This document shows, one piece after another, positions 56,901 through 63,430 of a DNA stretch of 64,000 bases (position 1 is its first letter; the number at the start of each line of letters is the position of its first letter). The stretch is from NCBI GenBank assembly GCA_964423405.1, contig CAYREY010000003.1, positions 81,326-145,325 of the forward strand, written 5' to 3'. This stretch comes from an uncultured Chitinophaga sp. Lineage in GTDB: Bacteria > Bacteroidota > Bacteroidia > Chitinophagales > LD1. A program made the position numbers and the translations under genes. A model generated the notes under the pieces. It made no database searches. It was given only the letters and a program-made list of their open reading frames with translations, and was not told the DNA's origin.

Positions 56901-58559
56901 AGTAGCACTGGTAGCACAAACCGATTGATCGGCACCGGCATTCGATGTAGTTGGGTTAGCGCGTAAGGTTATAACCACATCATCGCTCGAAGCAGCACAA
57001 GGCGAGTTGGAAATTGTCCAGCGCAAGGTATAAGTGTTACCAGCCACACCTGTAAAGCCCGATGTAGCACTGGATGGAGTGGTTACCGAACCACCCGAAC
57101 CACTTATAATACTCCACGCACCGGTACCCGATGATGGAGCATTACCCGCCAGGGTTACAGAGGTACCACATACCGTCTGGTCGGCGCCTGCATTGGCAGT
57201 TGTTGGTTGCGAAACTATAGTTAGTACACGATCGTCGAATACCGACGGGCAATCGCCGGTAGGGTCGTTGGTAGTTAAACGTAACGTTACAGTACCAGCG
57301 GTTCCTGAGTTAGGGGTAAATGTAACACTGGCAGGGGTAGTGGTAGCAGCCGCAGTACTTAACTGGGCAGTACTGTTACTTACGGAGCCTGTAACCCCTG
57401 CTATAGACCATGTACCGTTAGAAGCACCTCCACCAATGGTTGCGCCCGATAAAGTATAGGCACTACCTGCGCATATAGTTGCATCGGCACCTGCGTTTAC
57501 GGTAGCCTTGGCATAAACGGTAAACGGTATATCCACAGTACTACCGTTATTGGCCTGTCCACATCCAAAGTCTGAGTTACGTGCCAGAAAATACGTACCT
57601 GGTGTACCTGTTACCGCCGTAGGTAATGCCGATGACAAGGCAGTAGTAGTTTGATAGTTGGTCCAACCCACTACCGGCGATGAAGAACGACGCCAGTAAT
57701 AATAGTAAGTTGCCGAACCGCCACCGTTAGATGAAGCGGCCGTTGTACTTTGTATAGAAGCTGAACCATCCTGACACATGCTGGATGGTGTAGCCGGTGT
57801 TATAGACCCCGGGTTATTATCTCTTACCGTTACAAGGCGGGTTACGCCCGGCCCCCCGGTACCACATACGTTAGTAGCGTTGGTGTGTATTACATATTTA
57901 CCAGGGTTGGCAAAACTATAGTTAAAACTGGCAGTATTGGCGTATCCTTGGTTTACATAATCCCAGCTGTTAACCCAACCGCTACCGTTATCGGTTCCTA
58001 TCCAGTACCAGTAGTTACCGCCCTGTGGGTTACCACCATTTTGAGCTACAGCTATGTTGGCACCTGGACATACTACTATGTTACCGGCGGTACCGTTAAG
58101 CGTCATGTTGCCGTTGGTAGGCGCCGGTACCGAGGTTAGGCGTACTCTCAGTGAACTCGAAACGCCCGAAAAATCGTGCTGCTGGCAGTTATAGCGGTTA
58201 TTTATTACAATATGCCAGCCTGTCCAGGTGGGCGTGTAATTCAAAGAGGAGTTGGTACCAGTACACGAAGGTCCGTTATCATCGTTATAGGCACGGGCTG
58301 TCCATGCAGGGTTTTGGTCGTAAATAGATAGCTGGTTGTCGAAACCTGCACTACCGCAGGTACTGAAATTGTATGTCCATCCGGCATTCATGTACACGTA
58401 GGTATATGTACCAGAGCCTACGCTACGCGTATTATCCACGTTACAAGAACCGTTGGGGTTAATATCTGCAGCTCCTGAAAAACCAGACCAGCTGCACTGG
58501 GCTAAAGCAACATTAACAGCAAATACGCTGCAAAGCAGCATTAGTAGCAATTTTCTCAT
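47991..58559 (-). CDS. 3522-aa T9SS type A cargo; giant Ig-like-repeat adhesin candidate
   Basis: The signal peptide is MRKLLLMLLCSVFAVNVALAQ. The N-terminal domain has the NDDNG-type motif LSIYDQ...AYNDDNG, followed by 18 near-identical 84-aa repeats. An Asp-box jelly-roll region (FTENFG...YSLDNGTTW...VDNINI) and further Ig-like modules follow. The FEVERSTDGQNW...YYYRLKQVDYD module precedes a type A CTD (KEFIPNPTTDRTSL...FYNIVGQKV...ASGTYTAVV...KIVLTR). Confidence 0.93.
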   Translation of the reverse strand: MRKLLLMLLCSVFAVNVALAQCSWSGFSGAADINPNGSCNVDNTRSVGSGTYTYVYMNAGWTYNFSTCGSAGFDNQLSIYDQNPAWTARAYNDDNGPSCTGTNSSLNYTPTWTGWHIVINNRYNCQQHDFSGVSSSLRVRLTSVPAPTNGNMTLNGTAGNIVVCPGANIAVAQNGGNPQGGNYWYWIGTDNGSGWVNSWDYVNQGYANTASFNYSFANPGKYVIHTNATNVCGTGGPGVTRLVTVRDNNPGSITPATPSSMCQDGSASIQSTTAASSNGGGSATYYYYWRRSSSPVVGWTNYQTTTALSSALPTAVTGTPGTYFLARNSDFGCGQANNGSTVDIPFTVYAKATVNAGADATICAGSAYTLSGATIGGGASNGTWSIAGVTGSVSNSTAQLSTAAATTTPASVTFTPNSGTAGTVTLRLTTNDPTGDCPSVFDDRVLTIVSQPTTANAGADQTVCGTSVTLAGNAPSSGTGAWSIISGSGGSVTTPSSATSGFTGVAGNTYTLRWTISNSPCAASSDDVVITLRANPTTSNAGADQSVCATSATLAGNAPTVGTGAWSIISGTGGSFTNAALNNTAFSGTANTSYTLRWTISNSPCAASTDDVVINLRSNPTTSAAGADQTICGTGATLAGNAPSSGSGTWSVITGAGGAITTPTSPTSPFTGVAGTNYTLRWTIANAPCTASTDDVVISLKANPTTSNAGPDQSVCATSATLAANAPAVGTGAWSVVSGAGGSFVNAAANGTTFNGTANTGYVLRWTISNAPCTASTDDVAINLSSAPTAANAGSDITICGNSTTLGANTPTVGTGAWTIISGTGGTITTPSSPTSAFSGTAGGTYTLRWTITNGACAASTDDVIVTFKQNPTTSNAGPDQSVCATSATLAANAPAIGTGAWSVVSGTGGSFANSAANGTTFTGTANTTYTLRWTISNAPCAASTDDVVINLRANPTTANAGADINVCGTSTTLAGNTPTIGAGTWTIISGTGGTITTPSSPTSAFSGTAGGTYTLRWTIANAPCTASTDDVVVNFKQNPTTSNAGPDQTLCATSTTLAANTAAIGTGAWSIISGAGGTVTTPSSPTSTFSGAAGTTYTLRWTISNAPCTASTDDVVITFTATPTTTNAGPDQTLCATSTTLAGNTPSVGTGTWSIISGAGGTVASPNSPTSTFSGTAGTSYTLRWTITNAPCTASSDDVVINFTGNPTTTNAGPDQNLCGNSTTLAGNTPVVGTGSWSIISGAGGTITTPSSPTSAFSGTAGVTYTLRWTISNAPCTASSDDVIIAFKANPTTSAAGADQTVCGTSVTLAGNTPTVGTGAWSIVSGTGGTVTTPSSPTSAFSGTAGSTYTLRWTISNAPCTASTDDVVIQLKQNPTTSTAGADQTVCGTSVTLAANTPTIGTGAWSIVSGAGGTVTTPSSPTSAFSGTAGVSYTLRWTISNAPCAVSTDDVVINLVATPSTAAAGADQTLCANTATLAANTPSVGTGAWSIISGAGGTVVTPSSPTSTFNGVAGTTYTLRWTISNAPCAASTDDVVINFTSNVTPANAGADQDICGSSTTMAGNTPSVGTGTWTIISGTGGTITTPSSPTSTFSGVAGNTYTLRWTIANAPCASSSDDVVVVFKQNPTTAAAGADQTVCGVNATLAANTPTIGTGAWSVISGSGGAVSTPSSPTSAFIGIAGNTYTLRWTISNPSCAASTDDVVITLTPSPTTANAGPDQTLCATSTTLAGNTPAIGTGSWSIVSGAGGTITTASSPTSAFSGVAGNTYTLRWTISNAPCTASTDDVVISFAASVTTSNAGPDQSVCGSSATLAANTPSIGTGTWSIISGAGGTVTTPSSPTSTFTGTAGVAYTLRWTIANAPCTPSSDDVIVTLVATPTTAAAGADQVVCGNTTTLAGNTPAVGTGSWSIIAGVGGSIPSPTSPTSSFSGTVGSTYTLRWTIANAPCVASADDVDITLNPVPAVPTLTVTDPTCTTPSGTITVTAPLGAYTYNIDGGTYGASTSFSGLSSTTHTVNVKANVGGCTNNNTATVGPVPSPPPAPTATVTAQPTCAVPSGTIQVSSPVGLNYEYQLDAGAFQSSPIFTGVATGSHSVKVRLTAVPDCVTPMLGTLTVNAVPTPLAVNPVSICQGGSGSLSVDAGSVCIQNFVIPTIPGPNQIYGGWLAGDPTAATPSGAANTSTCGFTGAVRTYSAIPFQVSVTGDYIFEMNTNTSYNGAGYIVTGGFTPGSCATGTLLRADNASGSGGEPILGSIGNPLTLTAGITYTLISTTDGGSDVVNNDFTWTVTPPVGGNVLINQPGTVEWYTSSSGGSPIGYGETFNPVGVPGSGLANTNTQGTYTFWAACSSSPSCRSQADFVITSNVNIYNVTPANTELCYDALTPVVVGLDNSTNGLTYQLMRDGSAFGSPVVSSGGALTIGNTGAAGTYTVSVNSGACNVPMNGAVEIKPVPVANAGSDVTLNCSSSVVLNATSNSTTIFTENFGTGVSSEVTSTTSNWRIKYLYGLEPANRSEWWITYNGATPVANMANPVNNITSGSGLTMFDRRIYEPVVPGDYAWDAGTLDEIAYNTTPVDARLYTSVNLSFNYQVGGTYSGSDVYDYLQVMYSLDNGTTWVPISEGNNAGTFNLYRGMGSTNAFFANAPTSGTANITMPAAVVGKRFLLGFRWVNDGDLNGAYVGGPMVDNINITGTASYNWSPTAGVTGSGTASPTITQGGTYTVVVTAGNGCTASDQVVVTAASVPNISISGNQDVCSGGSATLTAIVTGGTGAITNILWERSANGGGSWSTVQSTTSSTYNTSTALGIGNYLYRATVTMSTNCTNTSSNVSVDVKADPAITLEPVDVYLCSGGNATLTVAASGGAPNLLYEWEYDNGTIVTNSNPTGVTYSGETTTDLSITTAANAPAITVPLWAKVYSTGPGCDDAYSLFANVTILPDPTVSNPTPATQTGLCSGGTASPISVTANGGTGAYSYQWYSNTTNSTSGGTLIGGANNASYTPPVVAGTTYYYCEIGQAGSGCGPVTTAATAVVTAGTPVVANVVVDECMNFAVGDKYYVLVTGSGGTPPYTYPGSFYTSTTNQGIHELNAGASGTYTVTDAAGCSTTSSAVTAPTGRPNDIVMTSATGNITVDCWINDYNKWVTFRDAVTNNAIMAINDNHSNLGLVTVDVYKDATPPVIYNNPLATNCTWTEHTAMRRHFKMTSTLAPTTGVDVMLFFSDDDYNTLKADAWNNNTGYPNPDYACTELDDVYNFNQLYVTKYTGNNEDGNYLNNTPSGLYRVFGDNTTPNRPLIKGEYTGSNTGFQGIYGGAQTHHYVQMTVTEFSEFWLHGSQQSQPLPVEMIYLQADVMNNAYIRLSWATAIEVNNRGFEVERSTDGQNWTQIGFVEGHNNATTQHNYNYDDMTVAAGVVYYYRLKQVDYDNAFEYTDIVSARIVGEATFSVKEFIPNPTTDRTSLIVTGTKEQEISIAFYNIVGQKVLESNHVVNKGANTIAFDLARLASGTYTAVVSSANEVYTQKIVLTR
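52671..57206 (-). repeat. In-frame tandem array, 18 x 252 bp (84 aa each)
   Basis: Unit consensus: PTT.NAG.DQ..C...(A/T)TLA.N.P..GTG.WS(I/V)(I/V)SG.GG....P.SPTS.F.G.AG..YTLRWTI.NAPC.AS.DDV(V/I)I.... The boundaries were verified by hand translation: Pro452 is at 57206 and Val1963 at 52671. A degenerate 19th copy precedes the array (aa ~351-451). Confidence 0.92.
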
Positions 58560-58914
58560 AGTAACACGTTGTTAAAATATTCGGTTTATATATTTTATAC
58601 ACTTCGATGGTGATAGCATACGTAGATTTCAAAAAAAAGTCGACACTAAATTGACAAATACAATGCCGTCCTTGTTTTTTCCTAAAAAATACTTGTATGT
58701 ATCATGTTTTCAGCCAATTACATCAACACTTGGGGCTCCTGTTTCGGGTAGCCTGTGAAACAAGCGACCAGAAAAAAATACACTAACTGACTGTTTGCAA
58801 GAACAATAATAAAAACAGCACAATATATCGCTTTTTAAGCAAAAAGCTAAGTTTTTGCCGGTTTTTATGACAAAAAACTATGGCAGGGTGTGATATATAA
58901 ATAATTAAACATCC

Positions 58915-61629
58915 TTAGTTTTCCAATTCCTGCAATACCTTCAAGGCTGGTGGGTAGCCCGGCTTTACTTCAAGTGCTTTGCCTGCATAAATACGGGCAC
59001 TATCGGTTTGGCCTATACCTTTAAAAGTGAGAGCAAGATTGGTATATGGCTCTGGTATATATGGTATACGACTGGCTGCCAGTTTGTTAACCGCAATCGA
59101 CTTGTCGTATTCCTCCATTTTGAAATACAGAAAACTTAGCTGGTCGTAACCTTTATAATCGGTTGGGTTTACCTCTATGCGTTTTGCAAAGTAAGGCTCT
59201 GCTTCTGTATACTTATTTTGCGCGTAATACAAATCGGCTACAAAAGCATGTATATCGGTATTGGTAGAGTCAATAGCAATTGCTTTTTGGTATGCTGCAA
59301 TTGCGCTGTCGGGCATATTTAATAATGAGTAAACTTTACCCATATAGTAAGCCGCATTAAAAAACTGGGGATAAATTTCAAGTGCTTTTGAAAAGTGTAC
59401 GGCAGCTTGTTTTCGCATTTCAGTCTGCTTCTGCACATTACTATCCATGTTAAACGACTCTATAGCGAGGTGGTTACCCAATAATCCATGTGCCTGTGCC
59501 GAGTTATTTACATAGTCAATATCATGGCTCATCAGGGTAATGCTGTCTTTCCACCACAGGCTTCGGCTAAACGAAAGCGTAGTGTAAACAGCAAACATTA
59601 CACCTACAACAAGCAGCATATTCTTATTAGCGGTTAGTAAAGTATAGCTTGTATTATCAAAACCGGTTTTAAATAACATAGCAAGCAATGCTATTATAGC
59701 CATAACAAAACCCAGGCTTGGCAATAACATAAACCGCTCTGCTACCATACCTGGTATAGGGTAAAAAAGATTAGATATTGCAATAATCGACACAAGATAG
59801 ATTGCCAGCGCTGTAAAAACCAGCTTGTTTCTGAAAAAGAAATACAAGCACAGTGCCGCCAGCAAAAAATGCAACAGTAACGAAACCAGCGGTAAAACAC
59901 TGAATAACGAAGTAGGTTCAATATACCTGTACCCGTAATAAAAACTTAATGGGTAGGGAACCACAGTTTTCTGCAGGTAACGCAAAACTATTACCAGCGA
60001 AGTTCCAGCCCTAAGTTCCAACGGCGATTGGGTTGTTACCGGCGCCTCTACATACTCAAGCGGTCGGGTATCTTTTCCGGTTACCACATCAGTAACCGAT
60101 GCCGGCAACTCAGCAACATAGGTGGTGGTTGTATCTTTAGCAGGCTTAGCTAACAATACCAGCGCTATCAGGCAGTATACGATATACGAAAAAAAACGCT
60201 TTTGCTTGTCCTGTGTTGCAAAGTAACCGGTTAGCAATATTGCAAACAATACTATTACCAACGACATTGCACCCCAGTAACGCAAAATCACAAACAGTAC
60301 TATTAATGCAGTAACAGCAAATACGCCTGCAACTATGTAGCGCCGGCTTACTTCCTTGTGGGCCACAAAAAAGCCAAATGCAATAATGGCGGCCACGGCC
60401 GGACGGTATTCAGGAAGTGGTAACAGCAATAACAGAACCAACAAAGCCACACTCATTAATTTTTGCCTGTTGCTGGCAGCATTAGAGTAATAAAATGCCA
60501 GTAAGATTACCCCGGAGCCCAGTAACGTATTGGTATGATAAACCCAATACACGCCAGCAATACCCAATATTGCCAGAACAAAATTTACAGCTGCCAGTTT
60601 TTTATCGGGCACCACAGCCGCCAATGCCATAAAAGTTACCAGCACTATATTCACAAGCGGAGCTTTATAATACAACAATACCGCATACACCACCACCGCA
60701 ACGGCTGTAATCACTGCATAAAACACATTACGTGTATTATTTGTATCTGCTGCAAACATCAGCAGGTCTGTATCAGAAGCTGAAGAGGCTTTAGCACGTA
60801 AAAAAGCATACAACTCCTTTCGATATAAAAACAACAACTCCACTCCTATTCCTGCAAATACATAGGGCAGCAGATTTCTGAATTGAAATGTTTTAGGCAA
60901 TACAACCAAACAGGCCAACAGTAAAGCAGCCAGTACACCCATTACATAGGCCGGTTTTTTATCAATAAAAAGCACAACCGGAATAATAAATGCTAAGGGT
61001 AAAATTGTAAGCTTTGAAAAAAGCGCCAGTAAAAAAAACAAACACACCAGCAGCAACCTGTGTAACTTTGCCGTGGTGCTATATAATATTGCCTCTCTAA
61101 AAGCCAACAGCCCGAATATAAAAGCCAGTATTTCATCGCGGTTTTTAATACTGGCTACTACCTCGGTATGTACCGGATGCACCGCAAATAAAAGGGTAAT
61201 AAAAAACGATAAAATATAACTGTACCCTGCAAAAAGCCTTCGCAATACACGGTACAATAAAAAGCACATAAACCCATAAAGCAACACATTAATTGCGTGG
61301 CTCACCCAAACATGCTCACCTAAAAACTGGTGTTCAATAGCAAAACTTACCAGTACTACCGGGCGGTAATCGTAGGCATACCCCATGGCATCCTGATAAT
61401 ACTGGCTGGTTAATATTTCAGGTATGCCGGCTAACCCTTTAGATGTTAATGCATGGCCACGCGTAACCAGTTCATCATCCATGTTATAGTTATTGCCTAT
61501 AGTTACCGCATATACTATAACAGGTATAACAAATGAAAGCAAACAAAAATTAGACACTAAAGACGTTAAGAGCGATTTTTCACCTCTCTGTGCGTGAGTG
61601 GGGGCGCTATGTGTGCTTTTTGTTTTCAC
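58915..61629 (-). CDS. TMTC-like polytopic GT-C-fold glycosyltransferase candidate with C-terminal TPR repeats
   Basis: The N-terminal landmarks are collinear with TMTC/DUF1736-type proteins: YNMDDELV, DYRPVVLVSF, HAINVLLYG and LLFAVHPVHTEVVASIKNRDEIL. About 15 or more hydrophobic helices follow, then roughly 200 aa of TPR units at the C-terminus. The start is a GTG 8 nt after the GT2 stop. Confidence 0.65.
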   Translation of the reverse strand: MKTKSTHSAPTHAQRGEKSLLTSLVSNFCLLSFVIPVIVYAVTIGNNYNMDDELVTRGHALTSKGLAGIPEILTSQYYQDAMGYAYDYRPVVLVSFAIEHQFLGEHVWVSHAINVLLYGFMCFLLYRVLRRLFAGYSYILSFFITLLFAVHPVHTEVVASIKNRDEILAFIFGLLAFREAILYSTTAKLHRLLLVCLFFLLALFSKLTILPLAFIIPVVLFIDKKPAYVMGVLAALLLACLVVLPKTFQFRNLLPYVFAGIGVELLFLYRKELYAFLRAKASSASDTDLLMFAADTNNTRNVFYAVITAVAVVVYAVLLYYKAPLVNIVLVTFMALAAVVPDKKLAAVNFVLAILGIAGVYWVYHTNTLLGSGVILLAFYYSNAASNRQKLMSVALLVLLLLLPLPEYRPAVAAIIAFGFFVAHKEVSRRYIVAGVFAVTALIVLFVILRYWGAMSLVIVLFAILLTGYFATQDKQKRFFSYIVYCLIALVLLAKPAKDTTTTYVAELPASVTDVVTGKDTRPLEYVEAPVTTQSPLELRAGTSLVIVLRYLQKTVVPYPLSFYYGYRYIEPTSLFSVLPLVSLLLHFLLAALCLYFFFRNKLVFTALAIYLVSIIAISNLFYPIPGMVAERFMLLPSLGFVMAIIALLAMLFKTGFDNTSYTLLTANKNMLLVVGVMFAVYTTLSFSRSLWWKDSITLMSHDIDYVNNSAQAHGLLGNHLAIESFNMDSNVQKQTEMRKQAAVHFSKALEIYPQFFNAAYYMGKVYSLLNMPDSAIAAYQKAIAIDSTNTDIHAFVADLYYAQNKYTEAEPYFAKRIEVNPTDYKGYDQLSFLYFKMEEYDKSIAVNKLAASRIPYIPEPYTNLALTFKGIGQTDSARIYAGKALEVKPGYPPALKVLQELEN

Positions 61630-61637
61630 CGTTGCTG

Positions 61638-62585
61638 CTATTTAATAAATGCATGGTAAGCCTCGCGCAAAATATACATTAGCGAGTAGTACACATAATA
61701 AAATATGTATCCGATCTTTCTAAATAAAGACACCTCTCCTATTGTATCAGAGTAAAGGATGAATTTGTATTCATGCGCTATTGCCTCGTATATAAGCTTC
61801 CGCATACCGTTGTAGGCCGGTAACGATAAAAAATACCTGAGCGCCTTTATATTGCTAAGGTTAAACTTTAAAGGGTCTACCTTTTTTGTAACCCCTCCCT
61901 TATGCTCGCGGTATAGCGACCATACCTCATTAAAATACTTAAATGCAGATCCACGGATCATCAGTTGCTGCAAAATCCACGAGCCCGAAAGGTTTAACCG
62001 TGGGTACTCTGCGGCGGCCTGCTGGCAACGTTCACGGCTTACTACCAACGAACTGTGGGGGATAATTTTACGTTGTAGCCCATCCCATGGATAATAGATG
62101 CTGGTATATTGGTAGCACTGTGAATAATAACGATACCCCTCAAACAACCAGTTTATTTTCTTTGGTTCTTCGTTATTTGTTGCAACAATCTCTATAGCAG
62201 CATCGTGAAAACAACCTGCCATATCGGGGTTAGCCTGCAAATATTCTACCTGCTTTTGAAGTTTACCATCATACAGCCATTTATCGTCTCCATCCATAAA
62301 AGCTATATACCTGCCGGTGGCATGGCTTACTATCTGTAAACCATTCTGGTAGTTTCCCTTGTTCCTTTCTGCAAGAAACAACCTTATTTTTCCTTTATGT
62401 TGCTCTTCAAAATCTTTAAGCACCTCTACAGTACCATCGGTTGAGCCATCATCAAATACCAGCACTTCTACACCAAAATCAGTTTTCTGGCCCATCACAC
62501 TCTCAAGCGCATCGGCAATAAACTCCTTGTGATTATAGGTTAGTACACATACACTTACCTCATAGCCCGCAATTTCACTTACCAT
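61638..62585 (-). CDS. Glycosyltransferase family 2 protein
   Basis: GT2 motifs are present: VSVCVLTYNHKEFI, LVFDDGSTDGT and FMDGDDKW (DxD). The start ATG overlaps the upstream stop (ATGGTAA). Confidence 0.85.
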   Translation of the reverse strand: MVSEIAGYEVSVCVLTYNHKEFIADALESVMGQKTDFGVEVLVFDDGSTDGTVEVLKDFEEQHKGKIRLFLAERNKGNYQNGLQIVSHATGRYIAFMDGDDKWLYDGKLQKQVEYLQANPDMAGCFHDAAIEIVATNNEEPKKINWLFEGYRYYSQCYQYTSIYYPWDGLQRKIIPHSSLVVSRERCQQAAAEYPRLNLSGSWILQQLMIRGSAFKYFNEVWSLYREHKGGVTKKVDPLKFNLSNIKALRYFLSLPAYNGMRKLIYEAIAHEYKFILYSDTIGEVSLFRKIGYIFYYVYYSLMYILREAYHAFIK

Positions 62586-63370
62586 CCTAAATCCTTTAAC
62601 ATAAGTTTTATCGAATCAAGGTCTTTCACAGCTATGCCACCCTTTAGCAAGTGCCTGTCGCCCCAAAAAGCGTTACGACCATGCATTATACGCTTATCCT
62701 GCATAAAAACTGCATCCCCTTTTTTAAGGTAAACAGGCTGTGTTAATCCAGCCCTTACTATATAGTTTTCCAAAAAATCGTGAAACTCCTCGCACATAGC
62801 CAGCACTTCGGGTGTATTATCGGGTGCTACTACGGCATAATTCCAGTGCAATACCACACCAACTTCATCTTCAGATATTATTGTTGCTTTGTTTCTGAAA
62901 ACCGGGTGCGGTGCCTTGCCAAATATCACTTCCTCTGTCCTAAGCCTTGTCAGTAGCTCGGGTTTATATTCAGTTAATATATCCACTATCAATCCCGAAT
63001 CGACAAAAGTGGTAGCACCACCATATTTTGCCTCCTGGGCGCAAATCAGCAACACAATATCCAATGGTATACTGGCATTACAATAATCTGTATGCAAAGG
63101 CTGGGCTTTATTACTGTGTTTGTAAGTATCGTTCACGTAACGCTCATCATACTTCACCATAGTCCAGCTATCATGTATCAATGTTCGGGTAACAGGGTCT
63201 ATATCTTTACGAAAAAGCATACCAACCTTCTCTCCAAGCCCTACATATAGTTTATCAATATCTGCTGTCTCTGGCACATTGGCAATGTGTACTACCTTAT
63301 TCTCCGAAACCAAATGATTAATATCTTCGCCCAGCGAATCGTAATAGTGAGTTGTTTTTATGAAATTCAT
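62579..63370 (-). CDS. Fe(II)/2-oxoglutarate-dependent oxygenase, TauD/TfdA/BBOX-like
   Basis: An HxD motif (PLHTDY), GGATTFVD, a distal His and an Arg (RIMHGRNAF) are in the order expected for the TauD-type facial triad. Confidence 0.6.
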   Translation of the reverse strand: MNFIKTTHYYDSLGEDINHLVSENKVVHIANVPETADIDKLYVGLGEKVGMLFRKDIDPVTRTLIHDSWTMVKYDERYVNDTYKHSNKAQPLHTDYCNASIPLDIVLLICAQEAKYGGATTFVDSGLIVDILTEYKPELLTRLRTEEVIFGKAPHPVFRNKATIISEDEVGVVLHWNYAVVAPDNTPEVLAMCEEFHDFLENYIVRAGLTQPVYLKKGDAVFMQDKRIMHGRNAFWGDRHLLKGGIAVKDLDSIKLMLKDLGW

Positions 63371-63430
63371 TTAAATATGCCTCATTAATTTCTACACCCA
63401 AACAAATAATACCGTTTTATTGACAATACC

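Noticed and set aside
52671-57206. The possibility that the regular 252-bp repeats are a CRISPR array or a satellite
   Set aside because: The units are contiguous with no unique spacers and all lie in one reading frame of a 10.6-kb ORF. They encode a conserved 84-aa domain, and no cas genes are present.
52278-57459. A series of 80-220-aa plus-strand ORFs with periodic Val/Pro/Ala-rich sequence inside the 3522-aa gene
   Set aside because: They repeat every 252 bp only because they mirror the coding tandem array on the other strand, where Thr/Ala/Gly codons read as Val/Pro/Ala in antisense. There are no starts with promoter context.
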